From Eledone cirrhosa (taxonomy: Eukaryota): a DNA stretch of 64,000 nt. This document shows, one piece after another, positions 56,129-64,000 of the stretch. Where the stretch lies: contig OZ024760.1 in assembly GCA_964016885.1 (NCBI GenBank), positions 6,014,001-6,078,000 of the forward strand, written 5' to 3'. Positions within the stretch are counted from its first letter, which is position 1. Each line of letters begins with the position of its first letter. Made by a program: the position numbers and the translations under genes. The notes beneath the pieces are model-generated. The model made no database searches, was not told the origin of the DNA, and saw only the letters and a list, made by a program, of their open reading frames with translations.

Positions 56129-58527
56129 ATCTATACAATAAACGACCACTTAGTACACTCTCTAATGTGGTTGGTGATAGGAAGAGCATCCAGTCCTAGA
56201 AAAACAGCCAAATAAAGGGTTGGAAGGACTGTTCAGTTATGTCAAAGTCGTGACAGCCTCCCTCGTGTTGGTACCACAATAAAATGCACTCAATAGAGCA
56301 CAGTTGTATGTCAGGCCACCCTGGCCCACCTGGAGGTCAGAGGCTCCACTTAAATAATGTGATGACATGTTCAACTCTTGCTAGCAGGGAAAACGGATGT
56401 TCAATGATGATGATGATGATAACAGTGATGGTAATGATGGCGATGATGATGATAATGATGATGACAATGATATCTCCACTACCCTTGCTATATTTCTGAA
56501 TTTGAGGAAAATTTGGTTTACATTTCTAGCGGCTCTTGTAACCATGTAGAAGCTCCCTCACTATGTTTGCTCATGTTTTTTTTTGGCAGTATGTGTGAGT
56601 GAATGTATGTGTGGTAGTATTTGCTCAAGCATGGATAAGTGGATGTAAAAACGATAGTGATGATGATGATGATTAAATCTCATCACCCCTCTTTCCTTGT
56701 TTTGTTGCTACATTTCTGAATTTGAGGAAAATTTGGTTTATATTTCTAGCGGGTCTTGTAACCATGTAGAAGCTCCTTCACTTTTGTTTGCTCATAGATA
56801 ACGAATATAAAATACAATAACAGTTTTCATCTAACAGATCATCTCTCTATTGTTTTCTATTTTTCATCTCATTTTTTTCATCACATTTTTTTCATCTCAT
56901 TTTTTTCATCTCATTTTATCATCATCTTTTTTTTTTCCATCTCATTTAAAAACAATGCTATGTTCCTGTTGATTTGGCATAAAAAAACCCTCTCACACAG
57001 AACCATCCTATCTGTTGCAAAAATCTTTTAATGAGTTTCAATGTTACCAAATAGCTTTGATGTAGGTTTTTTTCTCCTCTCCCTTCCTCTTCTCTCAAAG
57101 AAGAAGGAAATAACCAAAAACAACAACTAACAACAACAATAACCAAATCAAATCGTGACTATATTTTTTAAAGAGGAAAGTACTGAAATGTATTGTTAAA
57201 AGAGTTTGGGCTTTTTCCGCACTGTTAACATAATTTGTGTGTGTATGGGTGTGGCAGTGTGTGTGTGTGTGTGGGGTAGTGTGTGAGTGTGTGGTATAGT
57301 GTATGTGTGGTAGTGTGCGTGTATGGGTGTGGCAGTGTGTGTGTGTGAATGAATGTGTGTGTGGCTGTATGTGTGGGTGAGTCAGTGTGTGTGAGCGAAT
57401 GTGTGTGAGTGGCACTATGTGTGTGTGTGGCAGTGTGTGTGTGTTAGTGGCACTATGTGTGTGTGTGTGTGTGTGTGCGCGGCAGTGTGTATGTATGTGA
57501 CACTGTGTGAGTGTGGCAGTGTGTCAGTGTGTATGTGTGTGACAGTGTGTGTGATAGTGTGTGACAGTGTGTGAGGTAGTGTGTGTGGGTGAGTCAGTGT
57601 GAGTGGCATATATGAGTGGAAGTATGTGTGTGAGTGGCAGTACGTGTGTGAGTGGCAGTATGTGTGTGTGTTAGTGAGTGTTCGTATCTGTGTGGCAGTA
57701 TGTGAGTGTATTTGTGTGGTCCAGTGCACGTGAGTGAATGTATGCAAGTGTGTATGCGATTGTATGTGTGAGCGAATGTGTGTGTGTGTGTGTCAGTATG
57801 TATCAGTGAATGTGAGTGTGTGTGTGTGTGTGTGTCAGTCAGTACATGTCAGTGAATGTGTGGGAGTGTGAATATGTATATATATATGTGTACATGTGGG
57901 TGTAGTTATGAGTGTGTGAGTGTGTGTGTGTGTCAGTCGGTGCACGTCTGAATGTGTGGGAGTGTGAATATGTATATATATGTGTACATGTGGGTGTAGT
58001 TATGAGTGTGTGTGTGTGTCAGTATGCAAATGTGAGCGAATGTGTGTGCATGTGTATATGTCAGCCAGGGCATGTCAATGAATGTGTGTGAATGTGAATA
58101 TGTATATATATGTGCATGTGGATGTATGTATGAGAGTGTATGCATGTGGATGTGAGTATGCGAGTGAGTAAATGTGTGCATATGTATTTGCATGTGAGTG
58201 TGCGTGTGTGTATGTGTCAGTCAGTGAATGTGTATGTGTGTTTCTATTTATCTTTATCCTTTTTACCTACGTAATCACCATATGATTAAAATGCAAGGCA
58301 TCTATTCTTAAATATCCTGTTTGCCATGTGTCCTATATCATGGAGCATGTTAGATCTTTATGTATTTAATATTTTTAGGGCAGTGGATTGGCAGAATCAG
58401 TGCAGTGTCGGACAACATGCTTTATGGCATGAGTTTTGAGTTTAAATCCTGCCAAGGTTAGCATTGCCTTTCATCCTTATTGGATGCCTAAATTAGAAAT
58501 CAGAAATCACTGTTTAAAAACGTTGTT

Positions 58528-58677
58528 CTTGGTCATCTTCAGTCTTCCTTGGTCATCTTCAGTCTTCCTTGGTCATCTTCAGTCTTCCTTGGTCATCCTC
58601 AGTCATCCTCGGTCATCCTCAGTCATCCTCGGTCATCCTCAGTCATCCTCGGTCATCGTCAGTCATCCTTGGTCATC
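58528..58677. repeat. 10/20-bp minisatellite
   Basis: (GGTCATCYTC AGTCWTCCTY)n. Confidence 0.85.
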
Positions 58678-58783
58678 ACATTTTGAGTTTAAATCCGGCC
58701 GAGGTTAGCTTTGCCTTTCATCCTTACGGGGTCGATAAAATGAAGTAGCAGTAATGTACTGGTCTTTCTTGGTCATTCTAGAT

Positions 58784-59854
58784 CACAGGTTCTCAACCCA
58801 TTTAGGCCAAACGCCCCCTTTTGTCCCTCAAAATCACGAAACGCCCCCCCCCCCCATTTTTCCATTTTTCAATATACTACTGATTTTTATATGAGTAGAT
58901 TACTAAAAATTTGATTAACAATATTCCAAAGATGTGTGTATTACCTGATTATGTGTTGTATGTGGTCCTAGATGTGTGTATTACCTGATTATGTGTTGTA
59001 TGTGGGTCCTAGATGTGTGTATTATCTGATTATGTGTTGTATGTGGTCCTAGATGTATGTATTATCTGATTATGTGTTGTATGTGGTCCTAGATGTGTGT
59101 ATTACCTGATTATGTGTGGTATGTGGTCCTAGATGTGTGTATTATCTGATTATGTGTTGTATGTGGTCCTAGATGTGTGTATTATCTGATTATGTGTTGT
59201 ATGTGGTCCTAGATGTGTGTATTATCTGATTATGTGTTGTATGTGGTCCTAGATGTGTGTATTATCTGATTATGTGTTGTATGTGGTCCTAGATGTGTGT
59301 ATTATCTGATTATGTGTTGTATGTGGTCCTAGATGTGTGTGCTACTCGCTTCTGTTTTTTCTTTTCTTTTTTTTTTATTTATAATATTAATTATACAATA
59401 GGGAATAAAATAGATCTACATAGTGTTAACTCGTTGCGGTTGAGTCAATAATTTCAGACAGGAAATACATTGTTAACGGTGAAGGAAAGATAAGATTCTA
59501 ATTGGCTGCACCCAAAGTGTCTTTGACCCAGTTGACTGTGGGTTTTTCCATTTTTAGGATCTCAATTACCGGTTAATGTCTCAATTACCGGACATGCCTG
59601 CACAGCTGCTCACAGCTGCAGTCAGACTATAGTTATGCTGTCTGCAAGCTCATTCAAATGCATTCATACTGGTTGTCTCAAAGACATACAAATATGGCTT
59701 ATAAAACTTACCAAAATAAAGAGCCTTCCAGCGCCCCCTAACCCCCCTCCCCCAGCTCCAAACGCCCCCCTAATGCGACATTGCTCCCAAACGCCCCCCT
59801 AGAGTTCCGAAACGCCCCCCGGGGGTGCATATGCCCCCCCGTTGAGAACCTTTG
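58784..59854. mobile_element. Non-autonomous hAT (Charlie-like) element
   Basis: TIRs CACAGGTTCTCAAC / GTTGAGAACCTTTG; perfect 8-bp TSD TTCTAGAT (58776-58783, 59855-59862); subterminal AACGCCCCC repeats. Confidence 0.88.
58930..59340. repeat. 40-bp minisatellite (~10 copies) inside the hAT element
   Basis: AGATGTGTGTATTATCTGATTATGTGTTGTATGTGGTCCT. Confidence 0.92.
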
Positions 59855-60191
59855 TTCTAGATCATCCTTGGTCATCATTGATTTTTTTTGAGGTGGGAAG
59901 AGAGAGGGGTGGGGGGGGGGGGTAGGAAGAGATTTTAATTTCTTCCAATTAGTTTGTACAATAAAAAAAATTGATGCAAGATCTCTTAGAAACAAAATGG
60001 TTTGTGAATAAAAAATATTCTGTAGCATTTTCCTGAAGGAAACGGTATAAGTGATTCATTTATGGTTTCCAATGTTTTGTTGATTAACTAACATATATAT
60101 ATATATATATAAAATAATTGTTTCTACTTTTGGCACAAGGCCAGCAATTATATATGTGTGTATATGTATCTATTTATATATACACACACAT

Positions 60192-60406
60192 AATTGGGTG
60201 AAGAAGTGCCAAGAAATGCCAATTGAAGGAAGACGTAGTAGAGGAAGACCACGAAAAACATGGGTGGAGGTGGTGAGAGCAGACCTCAGATCGCTGAAGC
60301 TCACGGAGGAGATGACGAAGGACCGTAACAAGTGGAGAGATGCTGTGCTGAATAGGACCCATCCCACCCTTGGAAGTAGGGAAAAGCGGACGTAAAATGA
60401 TGATGA

Positions 60407-60410
<4 letters not shown>
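60192..60410 (+). mobile_element. RTE-a 3' fragment
   Basis: [23 protein letters not shown]...SREKRT* followed by (TGA)n; matches 45811-46010. Confidence 0.9.
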
Positions 60411-60442
<32 letters not shown>

Positions 60443-60822
60443 ATTGTTTCTACTTTTGGCACAAGGCCATCAAATACCCAGTGCATTACAGGTACTTTAT
60501 TTTATCGACCCCGTAAGGATGAAAGGCAAAGTTAAACTCGGCGGGATTTGAACTCAGATCATACAGGGAGGTAACTATGCTTCAAAGCATGGTGTCCGAC
60601 CCTCTACCGATACTGCCAATCCACCGCCTTTATATATATATATAAAATAATATTATTGAAACGAAGCATCTCCGACTGTTCTGTCACTCACTCAATGCTT
60701 TAATTAAGCCAGCATCATTAAGATATCAACTAAAAATGAAAACAGAGTACACACTTATACGTTAATAAGGAGAGAAACAATTTTGTGTGGGTAGAGAATT
60801 TACTTATCTGTGTGTGTGTATA

Positions 60823-61165
60823 TTTCATTTTCATTTTCATTTTACGTCCGCTTTTTCCCTGCTTGCAAGGGTGGGACGGGAACTGATTCTGCCTAGATTT
60901 CTACAGCTGGATACCCTTCCTAACACCAACCTCATTTACAGTGAGTGCTGGGTGCTTTTATGCCGTGGCACCTCCATGACCACTTTGCAGTGGAATGATA
61001 GGGACCCCAGTCCCTATCATCTCATATCTACAGCTGAGTAAACTGGAGCAATGTGAAATAAAGTGTCTTGCTCAAGGAAACAACACATCACCAGGTCTGA
61101 GAATTGAACTCACAACCTTTCGATTGCAAGGCCAATGCTCTAACCACTAAGCCATGTGCCTCCAT
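60823..61165 (-). mobile_element. Same SINE family, full-length copy (partial copies at ~1140-1485 and ~7500-7695)
   Basis: Reverse complement matches 50425-50773 from head to RTE tail. Confidence 0.85.
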
Positions 61166-61217
61166 ATATATATAAGGGAACAACGAATCAGAGTTGCATC
61201 ATATACATATTTGATTA

Positions 61218-61307
61218 CGTATTACATATGTTTCACTGCCAGTCAGCTCGAGGAGAGATCGCTTAATGATTGATCCTAACTCTGGATTTGGAAGCTCCTC
61301 AGGCATG
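61218..61307 (-). ncRNA. Hammerhead motif with extended stem II
   Basis: Minus strand CUGAGGA-GCUUCCA...UGGCAGU-GAAA-CAUAUG-UA^; stem I degenerate. Confidence 0.55.
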
Positions 61308-61435
61308 TGTTCACATGTAGACCCACGCCTCTTAGGCATTGTGGGCAATATTAGGCCAGGTGACAATGTCTTGCTGATACAGAACTGATTTTGGCTTGAT
61401 TTCTACAGCTGGATGCCCTTACTAGTGCCAACCTC

Positions 61436-61925
61436 ATTTACAGTGTGGACTGGGTGCTTTTTGTCGTGACTCCTACATGACCACTTTAGAGTGTGGGCAG
61501 GGTGCTTTTTGTCATGACACCTACACGACCATTTTACAGTGTGGACTGGGTGCTTTTTGTCGTGACACCTACATGACCACTTTAGAGTGTGGACTGGGTG
61601 CTTTTTGTTGTGACTCCTACACGACCGCTTTACAGTGTGGACTGGGTGCTTTTTGTTGTGACTCCTACACGACCGCTTTACAGTGTGGACTGGGTGCTTT
61701 TTGTTGTGACACCTACATATCCACTTTACAGTGTGGGCTGGGTGCTTTTTGTTGTGACGCCTACACGACCACTTTACAGTGTGGACTGGGTGCTTTTTGT
61801 TGTGACACCTACATGACCACTTTACAGTGTGGACTGGGTGCTTTTTGTTGTGACACCTACATATCCACTTTACAGTGAGTACTGGGTGCTTTTTTACTGT
61901 GTCACCATCACGGCCACTTTACAGC
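61436..61925. repeat. 42-bp minisatellite (~11 copies) from SINE/RTE-UTR-related sequence
   Basis: TTTACAGTGTGGACTGGGTGCTTTTTGTTGTGACACCTACACGACCAC, preceded by CTACAGCTGGATGCCCTT. Confidence 0.9.
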
Positions 61926-62904
61926 ATTTCGGCATGTTCTCATGGATGTGGGATGGCACATACTGTATATATGCTTGTGAAATAAATTAACCTTCGAGAT
62001 GCACAGCTTTCTGTTAACATAAGTCTCAGGGAGATTCAACGTGACACAGTGTGACAAGGCTGGCCCCTTTTAATTACAGGTACAATTCATTTATTTGTTG
62101 TACAGACGCTACCAAATCTTCCAATAGTTTGAACAATGGACCAGCCTGCTTTTTAAATAAATTAACATACAGTAGGCTGAACTTACCACAGATATGTGCA
62201 CTTTTGACGTAACTCTCAGGAAGATTTAGCATGACACAGTCTGACAAAGCTCTTTGAATTTATAAGGGCAGCCAATTTCTGCCAGCTGAGTGAACACTGG
62301 AGCAACATGAAATAAAGTGTCTTGTTTAAGATGCCCACCAATATATAGGCTACAGTCTAATGCCTGAACTAGTAAAAATTTAAAATTAAGATTAACATTT
62401 GAATAAAATGAAAAACAAACAAACAAAAGGTTAAAAAAAAATCTCCTTAAATTACATGTTTATCAAATTGATCTTGTTAAAACTATATAAATAAATGGCC
62501 ATTTTTATAATATCATCTTAGAAGCAAAGATAAAATTAAGATTTTTATGCAAAATTGAAAACAAGATAACAAAGCGCCAAAAACAGCACAAAAAAGTACC
62601 AAAGACAGTATCAAAAACAACTGTGGTGTTCTCTTTAACATGCAAACGTTAAGCTTTGTAAATGAACTATTAAAATTTATAAATTTTTAAAGTAATTTTT
62701 TTATAATTTTTTTTTTCATTATTTTTTTTTTTCTTCAAAAACTTAAATGAATTCAGAACTAGAATTTAATGAGTGTTTGACAAATAATTCATAGGTTGTT
62801 TGTGAGAATATGGCAACCATATCTTGCTCCTCTGCTATGCTATCTGAATTATATTGAAAGATTATCTTCTATTATAATGAAACGATATTGTGGCCATTTT
62901 GTTG

Positions 62905-64000
62905 CTGTGTGTGTGTGTGTATGTATGTGTGTGTATGTGTGTGTGTGTGTGTGGTTTTAATTTTATCATTATCATCATCATTAATATCATCTCCATCATC
63001 ACTTTCTTTTTGTGTGTGTGTGTATATGTGTGTGTCTGTATGTTCTTATTTTATCGTCATCATCATCATCAATATCATCACCATCGTCATTTTCTTTGTG
63101 TGTATGTGTATGTGTGTGTGTGTATGTGTCTGTGTCTGTATGTTTGTGCCTGTGTATGTTCTTATTTTATCATCATCATCATCATCATCATCATCATTTT
63201 CTTTGTGTGTGTGTGTGTGTGTGTGTATGTGTCTGTGTCTGTGTATGTTCTTATTTTATCGTCATCATCGTCATCATCAATATCATCACCATCATTTTCT
63301 TTGTGTATGTCTGTGTGTCTGTGTGTTATCATTTTATTATTATCATCATTAATATCTTCGTTATTATTATCATCATTATCATCGTTATTATCTCCATTGA
63401 TATCACCACCATTAATATTATCATTATTACCATCATCACCATCATCACCATTAATATCATCACCATCATCATCATCATCATCGTTATTATTACCATTATC
63501 ATCATCATCATTATCATCACCATCAATATCATCACCATCAATATCATCACCATCAATAATATCATTATCATCATCGTTATCATCATCATCATCATTGTTA
63601 TTATCACCATTAATATTATCATCATCATCATTGTCATCATAACCATTAATATTGTTATTATTATTATCATCACCATCATTGTTATCATCACCATCAATAT
63701 CATCATCATCATCAATATTGTTATCACCATCAATATCATCATCATCATCATCATCAATATCATTATTATCACCATCAATATCATCATCATCATCAATATC
63801 ATCATCATCAATATCGTTATCATCACCATCAATATCGTTATCATCATCAATATCGTTATTATCACCATCAATATCATCATCATCATCAATATCGTTATCA
63901 TCATCAATATCGTTATCACCATCAATATCATCATCATCATCAATATCGTTATCATCAATATCATCATCATCATCAATATCATCATCATCATCAATATCGT
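62905..64000. repeat. (GT)n and (ATC)n-rich low-complexity block
   Basis: Direct reading. Confidence 0.93.

Noticed and set aside
60655-60730. Highly degenerate hammerhead-like arrangement on the minus strand
   Set aside because: Both core boxes are mutated; indistinguishable from chance by eye.

Overview
AT-rich, microsatellite-saturated eukaryotic DNA whose repeat landscape (RTE LINEs, tRNA-SINEs, long (TA)n/(CA)n tracts) resembles an octopod cephalopod; the organism is inferred, not shown. The only convincing host coding sequence is a 280-nt first exon encoding a CARD/death-fold domain (11341-11620, +). The remaining ~52 kb downstream looks like one huge intron. An ETS-CRE composite promoter motif lies ~2.3 kb upstream. 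Mobile DNA includes a 5'-truncated RTE LINE with an uninterrupted 762-aa RT ORF carrying a PHD-type Zn finger, a second RTE family, Dong/R4, CR1-like and Tx1-like remnants, two SINE families, piggyBac-like and hAT MITEs, and about ten minisatellites, several derived from LINE sequence. Almost all other ORFs in the track are microsatellite artefacts. The most interesting signal is a dense set of hammerhead-ribozyme (HHR) motifs from about ten different-looking short elements, mostly sitting in (TA)n tracts. In several of them (one family of 4 copies, one family with 2 folded copies, plus single loci) the element forms a near-perfect fold-back palindrome whose turn falls at the HHR CUGANGA/stem II. 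Copy-specific variants are mirrored in both arms, and the loop occurs in two reverse-complementary forms. This suggests a Penelope-like, ribozyme-linked, hairpin-primed mobile system targeting TA microsatellites; the mechanism is inference. All structures were read by eye, with no alignment or folding software.
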